Positions 16,542-26,837 are shown, counted from the stretch's first letter. The stretch: DNA of 32,000 bases from an uncultured Erysipelotrichaceae bacterium (GCA_942493105.1 OW818668.1:570001-602000); one strand, 5' to 3'. Notes: generated by a model not told the origin, from the letters alone. Made by a program: numbers and translations.

Positions 16542-19500
16542 TCACTTAACTTCAACGAAGGACTTTAAAGCCAATGAATACATGAATGCTTTAACAGGTT
16601 TCTCTGGATGCATTTGTTGAAGAACACGAATGTAGTCTTTGAGTTGATCACTATAAAGTTCAAGTAAGGTTGATTCATTATCGACGCGATCTGTCTTGAA
16701 ATCGACAAGAATTGTTTCTTCTTTGGTAAAGGCAACCATATCCATATAGCCATGAATAACTTCATTTCCTAGTAAGGAATAAAATGGGAATTCATGATGG
16801 ATCTCACCTTGTTCAATCTTCTTATAAATGGGATCTGTATAGAAAGCTAAGATAGAATGGATATCTTTTTCCTTGATGTCTGGTGATAATGCCTTGATTT
16901 GGTCTTCTGTCACTGAGCTCTTTGGCAGTTTCTCAAAAAGCTCATGAATCAACGTACCGTGGTTTGATCCAACATTCGTATCGAAATTGAGTTTGAAATG
17001 TGTAAATGTTTTATGGGTTGAGGATGGAGCTTTGAACGTGATCTCTGTTTTTGGTTTAGATGTCACAATTAGTTGTTCCTCTGTATTCAAAGGTGGATTG
17101 TGCATCAAAAGTTCAGAAGCTGCTGGAATCGTTTTACGTTCGAAAGTATGGTGGCGATCAAGTGCAGCCATCATCCATTGAGTTGGTCCCAAAGCATTAA
17201 GGATGTTTGTATAGTGATTGTTTGTGAATACCATGCTTGGTGCTTTATCAACAATGATCAAACGTTCTTCAGCACGTGTCAAAGCAACATATAAAAGTCG
17301 AACTTGCTCTTGAACATCATCTCTTATGGTTTTCATTTCCATCGCTAACCGATTGGGATTAATTCTCGTAAAACGCTTTGGAAACTCTAAGGTCTTTAAG
17401 CTGAATCCCAAATCTGAATCGATCAATAAAGGCTCTTTAAGATCCATGATCGACCCTCTCAGTTGTGACCAATAAAAGACAACTTTAAATTCTAAGCCTT
17501 TGGATGCATGAATTGTCATGACTCTAACGACATCATCTTCATCCGTATACGGAATGGCTTCACTGCTGTCTTCTTCTGTAACATGTTTGATCAGCATCAG
17601 GAATTCAGTTCTTGAGATGTTTTGTTGAGCATACAATTGAGCCTTTTCACTCAACAAATCCAGATTGGCTCTCTGTTGGATCGAACAGGAATCTTCATAA
17701 TAATCATTAAAAGTGTAAATACTTCGCAATAATTCAACCAAGTCTGCTTGAGCAACACCTTCTTTGAATAGTTCAAGTGCTTGTGACGTTTTTGGATCAA
17801 ACGTTTTGATGGATTGACAAAATGGTTGATACTTTTGAGTCATCAACTTCAGATCTGCGATTTTATTCTCGGTATAACCAATAAATTTTGATAAGAGTAA
17901 ACCAATGAAATTGATATCATCATTTGGATCTACTAAGTAATTGATCATTAATATTACATCTTGAACCGCATCAGAGTTAAAGAAACCGGACTTGATACTG
18001 ATATGATGAGGAATACGTGCTATCTCAAAGACAGCTTTAACCTGTTCTTTGATTGAGTTGCTTCGCACAAGTACGACATAGTCTTTGTAATTCTTAAAAG
18101 GTGTCGTTCTGCGCATATCTTCAATCATATTTGCGATATGTACCGCTTTGGGTTGGATATCATTTAAGGGTTCCGCTAAAGGATCTTCAGTTGTCTCATC
18201 ATTCGCTTCATCAGAATACGGAGGATTGATCTCGCTTACAAGGGGTTGGTCTTTCTGAGCATCGACCAAACTCACAAAACCCTTCGAATCGAGATTAGGT
18301 TCAATGAAATGAAACTCAACCTTGGCTTCTGTGTCAGGGGCATCTTTTCTACCTGCCTCAACTTGATCATTTTGCGTGTATGAACTGTCCAATTCATCGA
18401 AATTCATCAATCGAGCAAATAAGTGATTGTTGAAATCTACGATTGTTTTGGTGGAACGGTAATTTTCAGTCAGGTATAGGACTTGATGACGATCATCATC
18501 GATTTTCTTCATGGCCTGCATCATTTCAGGTTGTGCATTTCTAAATCGATAGATCGATTGTTTAACATCTCCTACTCTGAATACATTTGTGCCATTGGAT
18601 AGCAACTCAACGATTTCATTTTGAACAAAGTTTGTATCTTGGAATTCATCCACCAAGATCTCAATATACCGCTTCTTAAGATCTTCATTGACTTTAAAAT
18701 GTCGATTTCGTAATATTTCTAATGCGAAGTGCTCCATATCGTCAAAATCAATGGCTTTGTGTTCAACTTTTAAGCGCGCATATTCTTTCATGAAGTTTTG
18801 AGTCAATTCAGCAAATGTGATGATGACTGGTTTTATTTTCTGATGATCTAAAAACCATTGTTCTTCATCAAAAAGTTCAAGAGTAAGACTAGTATAGTCA
18901 CCTTTAAGTTTTTTGATGGCAGCTGCAACTTTATCATCTTTACTAACTAAAGGCGGACTCATCAATCCATTCTCAGCAAAAGAAAGAACCAGGGTCTTAA
19001 ATTGCTCATAATTGATTTCTTGGGCTTCTTGTCTTGCCAACGTCAAAGCATCAACCATCAATTCGATGTGATCATAGTAAATAGACAGTTTATCCTTATC
19101 AGTTGGTTTGCTAATGAGCGCTTGATAGTGTACATTGATCTTGATATCAACAACCGTTTGCTGAGCCAAGTTAATTAGATTATCAATCTTCCACACATAA
19201 TACAATCTAACATAATGCTGGTGCTGAAAAGGCATGGCTGAAAACGAATCTGTATCGTAGGCTGAGATGGAACGATCGATCCATGATTGTGGATCAACGA
19301 TTGTTTGAAGTTTTGCCGCTAATTTTATGACATTTGCTTTCAGTTTCTCACGATCTTCGGGGCGAGCACTGAAGTAAAACACCAGTTTTTCATATTCAGA
19401 GAACTTCTCTTCAGGAATGTTTTCGTAAACATTTTGAAATGCTTGATTCATCAAGTCCGTCTTTTGTGTCTCATCCAAAACGTTTTGGGCTCGTTGGGGA

Positions 19501-19859
19501 TCAAAATTGACAACATAGGCATATTTCTTCAAGAGATCCAAACAGAATCCATGAATAGTGGTAATTTGAGCTGAAGGCAATAAACTGATTTGTTGGTTAA
19601 TAAAATCGTTGTGCGTTTCTGCATAACGTTCATTGAGACTCTTCTCAAGACGCTTACGCATTTCTTTGGCTGCCATTTCGGTGAAGGTAACGGCCATGAT
19701 TTGGCTTACCGATACATGGTCAATTTCCATACGTTTGATGAGTCGATTGATCAGAACTGTTGTTTTTCCTGCTCCGGCTGAAGCACTGACCAATATATTT
19801 TTACCTAATGCATCGATGGCTGCTTGTTGTTTAAAGCTTGGTGAAAATTTCGTGCTCAT
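16542..19859 (-). CDS. addA: ATP-dependent helicase/nuclease subunit A (AddA/RexA)
   Basis: UvrD/PcrA motifs SASAGAGKTTVL, LVDEFQDTN, ENYRST, MTIHASKGLEF, LLYVALTRAE. C-terminal RecB-type nuclease motif GYMDMVAF...LVDFKTD. The start follows the addB stop by 1 nt. Confidence 0.93.
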   Translation of the reverse strand: MSTKFSPSFKQQAAIDALGKNILVSASAGAGKTTVLINRLIKRMEIDHVSVSQIMAVTFTEMAAKEMRKRLEKSLNERYAETHNDFINQQISLLPSAQITTIHGFCLDLLKKYAYVVNFDPQRAQNVLDETQKTDLMNQAFQNVYENIPEEKFSEYEKLVFYFSARPEDREKLKANVIKLAAKLQTIVDPQSWIDRSISAYDTDSFSAMPFQHQHYVRLYYVWKIDNLINLAQQTVVDIKINVHYQALISKPTDKDKLSIYYDHIELMVDALTLARQEAQEINYEQFKTLVLSFAENGLMSPPLVSKDDKVAAAIKKLKGDYTSLTLELFDEEQWFLDHQKIKPVIITFAELTQNFMKEYARLKVEHKAIDFDDMEHFALEILRNRHFKVNEDLKKRYIEILVDEFQDTNFVQNEIVELLSNGTNVFRVGDVKQSIYRFRNAQPEMMQAMKKIDDDRHQVLYLTENYRSTKTIVDFNNHLFARLMNFDELDSSYTQNDQVEAGRKDAPDTEAKVEFHFIEPNLDSKGFVSLVDAQKDQPLVSEINPPYSDEANDETTEDPLAEPLNDIQPKAVHIANMIEDMRRTTPFKNYKDYVVLVRSNSIKEQVKAVFEIARIPHHISIKSGFFNSDAVQDVILMINYLVDPNDDINFIGLLLSKFIGYTENKIADLKLMTQKYQPFCQSIKTFDPKTSQALELFKEGVAQADLVELLRSIYTFNDYYEDSCSIQQRANLDLLSEKAQLYAQQNISRTEFLMLIKHVTEEDSSEAIPYTDEDDVVRVMTIHASKGLEFKVVFYWSQLRGSIMDLKEPLLIDSDLGFSLKTLEFPKRFTRINPNRLAMEMKTIRDDVQEQVRLLYVALTRAEERLIIVDKAPSMVFTNNHYTNILNALGPTQWMMAALDRHHTFERKTIPAASELLMHNPPLNTEEQLIVTSKPKTEITFKAPSSTHKTFTHFKLNFDTNVGSNHGTLIHELFEKLPKSSVTEDQIKALSPDIKEKDIHSILAFYTDPIYKKIEQGEIHHEFPFYSLLGNEVIHGYMDMVAFTKEETILVDFKTDRVDNESTLLELYSDQLKDYIRVLQQMHPEKPVKAFMYSLALKSFVEVK

Positions 19860-19860
19860 G

Positions 19861-22470
19861 TTATCTTAATACCGTCGTTTCTTTGGTGATCTTTGAAGTT
19901 TTTGTGACTGGTCCTTTGAATTGACAGAAAGATTTATACTCACAGTACTTACATGAATCTGCCTTGTTTCTCTTTACGATGATGCCATTTGATAGATCGT
20001 CGATGAGTTGTGTATAAAGCTCACTCATTCTTTGTTCAATGGCTGAAGCTTTGTAAAGTCCGCCTGTGAAGGTATACGACTCATCTTGCTTTTTAGATAA
20101 ATTGGTGTGATGTGTCCCATCAACATCAACCGGATGCGGATCGTCAGTCAGCCAACCATTAAATCTACGATCTTTCTTCCAAATCTCATCTCGATTGTTT
20201 TCATTGGCTGTATTTAGGTTGATGTTGTTTTGACCTAGGCTGAAATAGAAGGCACCATAAGGCGTTTTTAAACCAAGATACTTTTCCCCCATCCAAAGAT
20301 AAGTACAGAGCTGTAACTGAGTTCCTTCCATCACATCAGACTCCTTGAGCTTTGTTGTTTTGCTCTTGTAGTCAATGATCATGAATCCATATTCAGTTGT
20401 ATCGATTCGATCAATGGTCCCCACTAAATGTAATGGGTACTCCCTTCCACAATCTATGACTTCATCGAACCGCTTTTCACATGCGAAGGGTTTGAATTCT
20501 GTGTTTCGCTCACGATCATCCAAAAATTCCAAACTTAATTTCAATAAGACAACAGCTCTATCCCGCATAAGTTCTATTGATTTCTTCTGGTGAGGTAAAA
20601 AGTTGATGAGTTCTACAAACAAAGGTTCTAAGCGTTTTAATTCCTGACCACGTAGCAGTGTCGCGTATTGTTTCCCGTATTCACTGACACCTTGATCTAA
20701 AACATAATGCATGAGTGTCCCCATTTCACGATTGGATAAACCATAGGAGTCTTTGTTGCCCAATTGAAGTCCAGTATACAGGAAGTATTGATAAGGACAT
20801 TTAAAGTAACGTTCAAAGGAACTGATGCTTCCTCTTAACTCATGATCCGTAAAAAACATCTGTCTGGCTAACTCGGGTTGTAAAGTTGGTTTTATGATGT
20901 TTGGCTCTGGGTATTTCTCAGCAATTCTCCATGCTTGGGCTTTGATTTTGTTTACTTCAAAATAATGTTCAAGTTCATAGGGCAATTTCTGTGCCTTACC
21001 TTCATAACTTCCTAGCGGATAGGAGTAAACCACTTCATCAAACGCCACTCTTAAATCTGCTAAGCGTTGCATATGGTAATCATAGCGTGCCTTAGGATCA
21101 TAGTTTTCGATTCTACTCAAATAATCGTCATCAAACAACCCTGAGTTTGTCGCATATTGAGGATATCCATCTTGTGTACAGCCTAAGAAATATACTTTTT
21201 TCTTTCCATGAACAAAGGCAAGTTTCAAGTCGGTTAAAATAACGCCTGTTTTTTGTTTGGTCGACAATGTTTGCTTATTGATAAGATAAATCAAAATCGA
21301 GTATGGGTCTTTCAGTTCTTCTAAATAGGTATTCCCATTTTCAAGAATCGACTTTATGGTATTGATGCTTTGAACATCGTCTTCACTCAATTGTTTGAAC
21401 AGTGATACATAACCTTCAAAAAAAGACTTAATGAAGGTTGAATAGGATTGGATATTTAAATCCATCACGTTTTGAAGTTTGATGCGAATTTGGCTCAATT
21501 CTTTTTCAGCTTCTTTTTCGAGTCGAATAAAGGATCTCTCATTAAAAATTTCTTTCAATAATGGTCTTTCAAAAGCGTGTTGAACATGACATAAAGGTTC
21601 AAGACATGCTTGCACATCATTCCTGAAGACATTCAAATACTCGATGAGATTTAATCTTGATGAAAGATCGATGCGATCATTCTCAATCAACTTCAATAAA
21701 TGAATGTTGTTTGGTTCCAACTTCATTTTTAACAGATCGACGAAAAGCTTAAATGCCGCACTTGTTTTATGTTCATTAACTCTAAAATATGGAATATCAT
21801 AACGAATCAAGAACGACTCAACTTGACTTTGAAGTCCTGCCTCCAAACAAACGATCACATGCTGATCATACGCAAGATCGTCCCCCAATATATCCTGCAC
21901 ACATGCTTGAGCTTCTGATCTTGGATTCTTAGCAAACTTAACTTGAATTTTCGGATTCTTTTTAGGTAAACGTGTATAAGTAAGACCCTTCTTTTCAAGG
22001 TTCATCAAGCGTTGGTGAATCGCAAAAGGATAAAAATGATCATAAACCTGGATAGAACTTGGCTCTGTTTTATCCATAAATTGTTCCCACTGTTGAGCTC
22101 TTCGTTGAAAATGTGGCCACAAAATCGACAGAATATCTTTTAAAGCTCTTTCTTTTGGATTTAAAAGCGGCAAATCATCAAGTGTCCAACCTTCATCAAT
22201 CATGGTCTGAATGAATGACATCATATGATCGATACTGATCGGATAACGCAAGGTGGTTTCTAGTATACCCCCTGCTTGGGCATGGTCTTGAAGTAGTTTG
22301 GCGCATCTAAACCAATCTTCTTGTCGCTCATCCCGGACTAGTGTCGATAAGAAAACTTGAAGTGATACAAAACTTGTATTCGTTATGGATGGCTGCTGTT
22401 CTAAAAGACCCATTAATATGCTTTGACGGGTCTGCTTTTCCAAGATGACGGTTTTATTCATTGTGGTCAT
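19861..22470 (-). CDS. addB: Helicase/nuclease subunit B (AddB/RexB) with a C-terminal Fe-S nuclease domain
   Basis: C-terminal cysteines FKCPYQYF ... CKYCEYKSFC (C-x2-C-x5-C), nuclease motif GTIDRID...IIDYKSK, and position upstream of addA. Start moved to the ATG at 22470 (SD AGGTGA); the tracked ORF begins at 22536. Confidence 0.85.
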   Translation of the reverse strand: MTTMNKTVILEKQTRQSILMGLLEQQPSITNTSFVSLQVFLSTLVRDERQEDWFRCAKLLQDHAQAGGILETTLRYPISIDHMMSFIQTMIDEGWTLDDLPLLNPKERALKDILSILWPHFQRRAQQWEQFMDKTEPSSIQVYDHFYPFAIHQRLMNLEKKGLTYTRLPKKNPKIQVKFAKNPRSEAQACVQDILGDDLAYDQHVIVCLEAGLQSQVESFLIRYDIPYFRVNEHKTSAAFKLFVDLLKMKLEPNNIHLLKLIENDRIDLSSRLNLIEYLNVFRNDVQACLEPLCHVQHAFERPLLKEIFNERSFIRLEKEAEKELSQIRIKLQNVMDLNIQSYSTFIKSFFEGYVSLFKQLSEDDVQSINTIKSILENGNTYLEELKDPYSILIYLINKQTLSTKQKTGVILTDLKLAFVHGKKKVYFLGCTQDGYPQYATNSGLFDDDYLSRIENYDPKARYDYHMQRLADLRVAFDEVVYSYPLGSYEGKAQKLPYELEHYFEVNKIKAQAWRIAEKYPEPNIIKPTLQPELARQMFFTDHELRGSISSFERYFKCPYQYFLYTGLQLGNKDSYGLSNREMGTLMHYVLDQGVSEYGKQYATLLRGQELKRLEPLFVELINFLPHQKKSIELMRDRAVVLLKLSLEFLDDRERNTEFKPFACEKRFDEVIDCGREYPLHLVGTIDRIDTTEYGFMIIDYKSKTTKLKESDVMEGTQLQLCTYLWMGEKYLGLKTPYGAFYFSLGQNNINLNTANENNRDEIWKKDRRFNGWLTDDPHPVDVDGTHHTNLSKKQDESYTFTGGLYKASAIEQRMSELYTQLIDDLSNGIIVKRNKADSCKYCEYKSFCQFKGPVTKTSKITKETTVLR

Positions 22471-22542
22471 AGGTTCACCTGATTTTATTATATAGGATTT
22501 ACTTGAAGGTGCGAGTGATGATTTTGATCTGTCCAAAATTAT

Positions 22543-22569
22543 GGATAAAGAAAAGAGCTTACGCTCTTT
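22543..22569 (-). terminator. Rho-independent terminator after the SemiSWEET gene (end of the glmU-prs unit)
   Basis: Minus strand AAAGAGC-gtaa-GCTCTTT followed by TCTTTAT. It overlaps the stop codon at 22568-22570. Confidence 0.6.
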
Positions 22570-22816
22570 ACTTGTATTTGATTTTATAAGCCAATACGGT
22601 TGAAGATAAAACTAGAGTAAAACAATTGGCCATGATGATCGCAACATCGCGGATGATGATCCCATGGATGATCCATAAGAATACCCCTATCACAAACATA
22701 GAATACATAATCAAGGAGATCCCTGATGTATCTTTGGTCCTGATGACTTGTATGACTTGAGGGATAAAAGATAAAGTTGTAAGAAATGCTGCGATTAAGC
22801 CGATGTAAGGGTCCAT
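22568..22816 (-). CDS. SemiSWEET / PQ-loop family transporter (82 aa, 3 TM)
   Basis: AAFLTTLSFIPQVIQVIRTKDTSGISL contains the PQ-loop motif. Three hydrophobic helices in a length typical of bacterial SemiSWEETs. The ATG lies 1 nt after the prs stop codon. Confidence 0.75.
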   Translation of the reverse strand: MDPYIGLIAAFLTTLSFIPQVIQVIRTKDTSGISLIMYSMFVIGVFLWIIHGIIIRDVAIIMANCFTLVLSSTVLAYKIKYK

Positions 22817-22817
22817 T

Positions 22818-23777
22818 TTATTTATCGTTAAAGAGGTTATAGATCTCTGAAACAGAGGTATGATGCTGAATGGCTTGAATGGTTTTTGCCAACATATAAG
22901 CTATGGAGATCTGTTTGATCTTTGGTTCAGCACGTTTAGCGTCATCAAGAGGTATGGAGTTGGTCACGACCAATTCTCTGATTCTGGATTCACGGATACG
23001 CTGCAGTGCAGCACCTGAGAGAATACCGTGAGAACAGGCACAATACACATCTTTGGCTCCATTCTTATACAACATCTCTACTCCGCCTAATAAGGATCCG
23101 CCTGTATCGACGATATCATCGATGATAACTGCAATCTTTCCATTGACGTCCCCAATCAGATTGAGGGCTTCCGCAACATTGGGTTGAGTTCTTCGTTTAT
23201 CGATGATGGCGATGGTACTGTTATCAATGTATTCAGATAAATTTCTGGCACGGGTTGCACCCCCATGATCCGGAGATACAATGACCACTTCTTCATTGAA
23301 TTTCTTTGATCTGAAATATTGGCCAATCATAGCCACCGCAGTCAAATCATCAATTGGGATATTGAAGAATCCTTGAATCTGTGGGGCATGAAGATCTAGT
23401 GTAATGATACGATCTGCACCTGCTACTTGTAATAAATCTGCAACCAATTTGGCTGTAATAGGCTGTCTGGGTCTTGCCTTACGGTCTTGTCTTGCATAAC
23501 CGTAATATGGCATGACTACTGTGATATATTCGGCAGAAGCTCTCTTAAGGGCATCTAAAGCAACAAGCACTTCCATTAAGGTTTCTGAAACAGGAGCACA
23601 GGTAGATTGAATCAAGAAGACATGCTTACCGCGTACGGTTTCTTCTGGTTCAACGATGATTTCTCCGTCTGAGAAATGTTTAACTGAACACTTACCTCGC
23701 TTTACGCCCAAATGGACACAGATTTCGTCAGCGAGATCGACAGAAGATGATAGTGCAAAGATGATCGTGTTATTCAT
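22818..23777 (-). CDS. prs: Ribose-phosphate pyrophosphokinase (PRPP synthetase)
   Basis: MPYYGYARQDRKA, DLHAPQIQGFF, and the PRPP-binding loop IIDDIVDTGGS. 319 aa. Confidence 0.95.
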   Translation of the reverse strand: MNNTIIFALSSSVDLADEICVHLGVKRGKCSVKHFSDGEIIVEPEETVRGKHVFLIQSTCAPVSETLMEVLVALDALKRASAEYITVVMPYYGYARQDRKARPRQPITAKLVADLLQVAGADRIITLDLHAPQIQGFFNIPIDDLTAVAMIGQYFRSKKFNEEVVIVSPDHGGATRARNLSEYIDNSTIAIIDKRRTQPNVAEALNLIGDVNGKIAVIIDDIVDTGGSLLGGVEMLYKNGAKDVYCACSHGILSGAALQRIRESRIRELVVTNSIPLDDAKRAEPKIKQISIAYMLAKTIQAIQHHTSVSEIYNLFNDK

Positions 23778-23786
23778 GTTGTTCCC

Positions 23787-25145
23787 CTATTTCTTTTGAA
23801 TATATTTCAACCCTAAACCGGGTTTATTCACTTGTCTTTCACGAGCGATGCCCATATCGTTATCAGGCACATCGTGATCGATCGTACTGCCGGCTGCCAA
23901 CACAGCGTTTGATCCGATGGTGACAGGCGCAATCATATTGACGTTGGAACCAATGAAAGCATGGTCTCCAATCTTGGTCATAAATTTGTTTTTACCATCA
24001 TAATTGACCGTAACGACACCGCATCCGAAATTGACATCTTCACCAACTTCAGCGTCCCCAATATACGTCAAGTGGGCACATCGTGTATTCTTTCCGATTT
24101 TCGCATTCTTCATCTCAACGAAGTTACCGATACGGGTTCCGTCTCCGATTTCAGTATGGCCTCTTAAATGCGAAAAAGGACCGATGTTGACTTTATTCCC
24201 AACGATACTGTCGGTGATGCGTGAACTGTCAACGGTCACATTTTCACCGATCGTTGAGTTGATGATGAAAGATCCAGGCAAGATGGTCGTGCCTCGTTTA
24301 ATGTGATTTTTACCTTCTAAATAAATATTTGGATAGAGAACCACGTCTTCTTCAAAGGTTGTTTCTAAAGAAACATAGGTTCCTAAAGGATTGATAAAGG
24401 TAACACCTTTATCGATCCAAGCATTGTTGATGCGTTTTTGGATCCAGCGTTGAGCGTTCAATAAATCTTGACGATCATTGATGCCCATGACTTCTTCATT
24501 GTCTTTAACGGAAATGGCTTGAACTCTAAGTTCGTGGTTAATGAAGATCTCAACCAAATCGGTGATGTAGTATTCGTTTTGAGCATTATTGTCTCTGAGT
24601 TCTTTGATGTGTTTGATCAGTTTTTCGTTTTTGAAACAATATATCCCGGTATTGATTTCTTTGATGTTAAGCTCACTCTTCGTACAATCCTTGAATTCTA
24701 CGATTTTCTTGACTCGTTGTTTTTTATCTCTGACAATACGGCCATATTTAGCCGGATCAAAAAAGAATGCGGTAAGAACGGTCAAGTCATGATCCTTATT
24801 GGATTCAAAGAGCCACTCAATGGTTTCACTTTGTACACAAGGACAATCTCCATATAATAAAACAGTATCTCCGTTAGGATCCAGTTGATCAATGGCTTGC
24901 ATGACCGCATGTCCTGTTCCTTTTTGTTCAGTTTGTAAGGCAAAAGAAACCTGATCTTTCAGATAGTCTTGAATCATTTCAGCGCCATGCCCAACGACCA
25001 TGATGTTCTTATCGGTATTGACTTCTTTTAAATGGGTAATGACGTGTCCGATCATCGGTTGACCCAATATCTTATGCATGACCTTTGGTAAAGTCGACTT
25101 CATTCGTGTACCTTTACCGGCTGCTAATACGATCGCATTTCTCAT
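23787..25145 (-). CDS. glmU: Bifunctional UDP-N-acetylglucosamine pyrophosphorylase / GlcN-1-P acetyltransferase
   Basis: N-terminus VLAAGKGTRMKS, a hexapeptide-repeat (left-handed beta-helix) C-terminal half, 452 aa, and a conserved position next to prs. Confidence 0.95.
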   Translation of the reverse strand: MRNAIVLAAGKGTRMKSTLPKVMHKILGQPMIGHVITHLKEVNTDKNIMVVGHGAEMIQDYLKDQVSFALQTEQKGTGHAVMQAIDQLDPNGDTVLLYGDCPCVQSETIEWLFESNKDHDLTVLTAFFFDPAKYGRIVRDKKQRVKKIVEFKDCTKSELNIKEINTGIYCFKNEKLIKHIKELRDNNAQNEYYITDLVEIFINHELRVQAISVKDNEEVMGINDRQDLLNAQRWIQKRINNAWIDKGVTFINPLGTYVSLETTFEEDVVLYPNIYLEGKNHIKRGTTILPGSFIINSTIGENVTVDSSRITDSIVGNKVNIGPFSHLRGHTEIGDGTRIGNFVEMKNAKIGKNTRCAHLTYIGDAEVGEDVNFGCGVVTVNYDGKNKFMTKIGDHAFIGSNVNMIAPVTIGSNAVLAAGSTIDHDVPDNDMGIARERQVNKPGLGLKYIQKK

Positions 25146-25192
25146 GTTTACCCCTCGTTTCTATTTTAACTAAAATCCGCTCTTAAATAAAG

Positions 25193-26032
25193 TCAATCTA
25201 GAACTTTTGTGATTTTAACGAAACGATATTGACTCTTTAAGTATTTAGCAGCACGCTGTAAGATGTCTTCTTCTTGAGTAAAGCCCATCACGACTGAACC
25301 ACTTCCGGTCATCATCGAATACTCGCAACCATAATCCAGCAATTCCTTCTTGATCAAATTGATTTCAGGTACCATTTCTATGGCCCTGTTTTCTAAAGCA
25401 TTGCCCATCTGTTCATAGAGTTCAAACTCATTGCCTGTTTCTAAAGCCTTGGCAATCTTTAAGATATCTGGGTGATCACACTTATCGATCTGCAAATCTT
25501 TGAAGGCAAGCTTCGTAGAAACGCCTTTATGAGGCTGAACCAAAATCAAACTCATGGGATTTTTAACTTTGAAGAAACTTAACTTTTCTCCGATCCCACT
25601 GACAATTGCTGGTTTATTGAATAGACAGAATGGGACATCAGCCCCTACTTTAAGTCCCAACTCGATCTTTTCTTCCATCGATAAGTTCCATTTAAAGTAA
25701 TCATTGAGATAATTGATGACGGCTGCCGCATCACTGCTGCCTCCACCTAGACCAGCCTGCGAAGGGATCGTTTTATGAAGATGGATCCTGAATTGTTCAC
25801 TAAAAGGTCGTGCTTCTCGACATACTTCAACCGCTTTAAGCAAGGTATTCTTTTCAGGAAGGATACGATAAGGCGGGATACATCTAAAAAAAGCTTGAGT
25901 CGAAGGTTCAATATCGATCAGATCATACAGTTCAATAGGAAGCATCACCATATGAAGCTCATGATAACCATCATCACGTTTACTTAAGACATCCAACCCT
26001 ACATTGATTTTTGCGTACGCTTTAATTTTCAT
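25193..26032 (-). CDS. ispE: 4-diphosphocytidyl-2-C-methyl-D-erythritol kinase
   Basis: MKIKAYAKINVGLDV start and GHMP kinase loop PSQAGLGGGSSDAAAV. Start moved to the ATG at 26032 (tracked ORF begins at 26071), overlapping the ksgA 3' end by 11 nt. Confidence 0.9.
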   Translation of the reverse strand: MKIKAYAKINVGLDVLSKRDDGYHELHMVMLPIELYDLIDIEPSTQAFFRCIPPYRILPEKNTLLKAVEVCREARPFSEQFRIHLHKTIPSQAGLGGGSSDAAAVINYLNDYFKWNLSMEEKIELGLKVGADVPFCLFNKPAIVSGIGEKLSFFKVKNPMSLILVQPHKGVSTKLAFKDLQIDKCDHPDILKIAKALETGNEFELYEQMGNALENRAIEMVPEINLIKKELLDYGCEYSMMTGSGSVVMGFTQEEDILQRAAKYLKSQYRFVKITKVLD

Positions 26033-26837
26033 AGATCCTCGTATAGAGTTCCCACCATTGAGATGGATCAATGGCTTCAGCTCGAATATCGATTCGATGA
26101 TTCAAGGCAGCTAAATGATCTTCTATGTTTGGGATCGATTTTAAATTGTTAGTTAATGTTTTACGACGCTGTGTAAAGGCTAACTTAACAAACTCAAAGA
26201 AGGGCTTAAGATCCTGATTGGATTCTTTTCTGATCAATTGAACCACAGAAGAATCTACAGTCGGTTGAGGCAAGAAGACATGAGGTTTGACTTTCATGAT
26301 GGTTTTAACGTCACATAAGGTTTGAATGATGACCGATAAGGCATTGTAGTCTTTGGTTGAAGGCTTGGCACTAAAACGATCTGCGACTTCTTTTTGAACC
26401 ATGATGGTGATGATCTTGATGGATGTGAGTTCTTCCAACACATGAAAAAGAATGGGCGTGGTGATGTAGTAAGGTAAGTTACCAACCAAGACCTTCGCCC
26501 CTGTTTTTGTAATATCTTTTGATGTGACCATTAAGAAATCTTGCTGAATGATTTCGACATTGGACTCAATAAAACTCTCATGAAGCAATTTCACACAGTC
26601 TTCATCAATCTCATAGGCAATGACTTTATCCGCAACCAAAGCCAATTGTTGGGTCAATGCACCAAGTCCTGGTCCTACTTCGATCACGATTTGATGTTCA
26701 GATTGACTTAAACGCGCAATTTTTTCGACAACTGATGTATCGATGATAAAATTCTGCCCGAACTTCTTCTTGGCATGTAAATTGTTTTCTTTAAGTTGAC
26801 GTGATGTTTCACGATGTGTACTGATGTTTTTGGTCAT
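26022..26837 (-). CDS. rsmA: 16S rRNA (adenine1518/1519-N6)-dimethyltransferase
   Basis: KKKFGQNFIID and SAM-binding VIEVGPGLGALT. Start placed at the ATG at 26837 (MTKNIS...). The tracked ORF begins at a GTG at 26843 that sits only 4 nt from the -10 box. Confidence 0.92.
   Translation of the reverse strand: MTKNISTHRETSRQLKENNLHAKKKFGQNFIIDTSVVEKIARLSQSEHQIVIEVGPGLGALTQQLALVADKVIAYEIDEDCVKLLHESFIESNVEIIQQDFLMVTSKDITKTGAKVLVGNLPYYITTPILFHVLEELTSIKIITIMVQKEVADRFSAKPSTKDYNALSVIIQTLCDVKTIMKVKPHVFLPQPTVDSSVVQLIRKESNQDLKPFFEFVKLAFTQRRKTLTNNLKSIPNIEDHLAALNHRIDIRAEAIDPSQWWELYTRIYEN

Noticed and set aside
23961-24857. Plus-strand ORFs of 67-129 aa antisense to glmU
   Set aside because: They are embedded in a full-length, motif-complete glmU and have no translation signals. 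They are stop-poor antisense frames in an AT-rich gene. The same reasoning applies to the short antisense ORFs inside htpG, purB, murQ, addA, addB and the histidine kinase.
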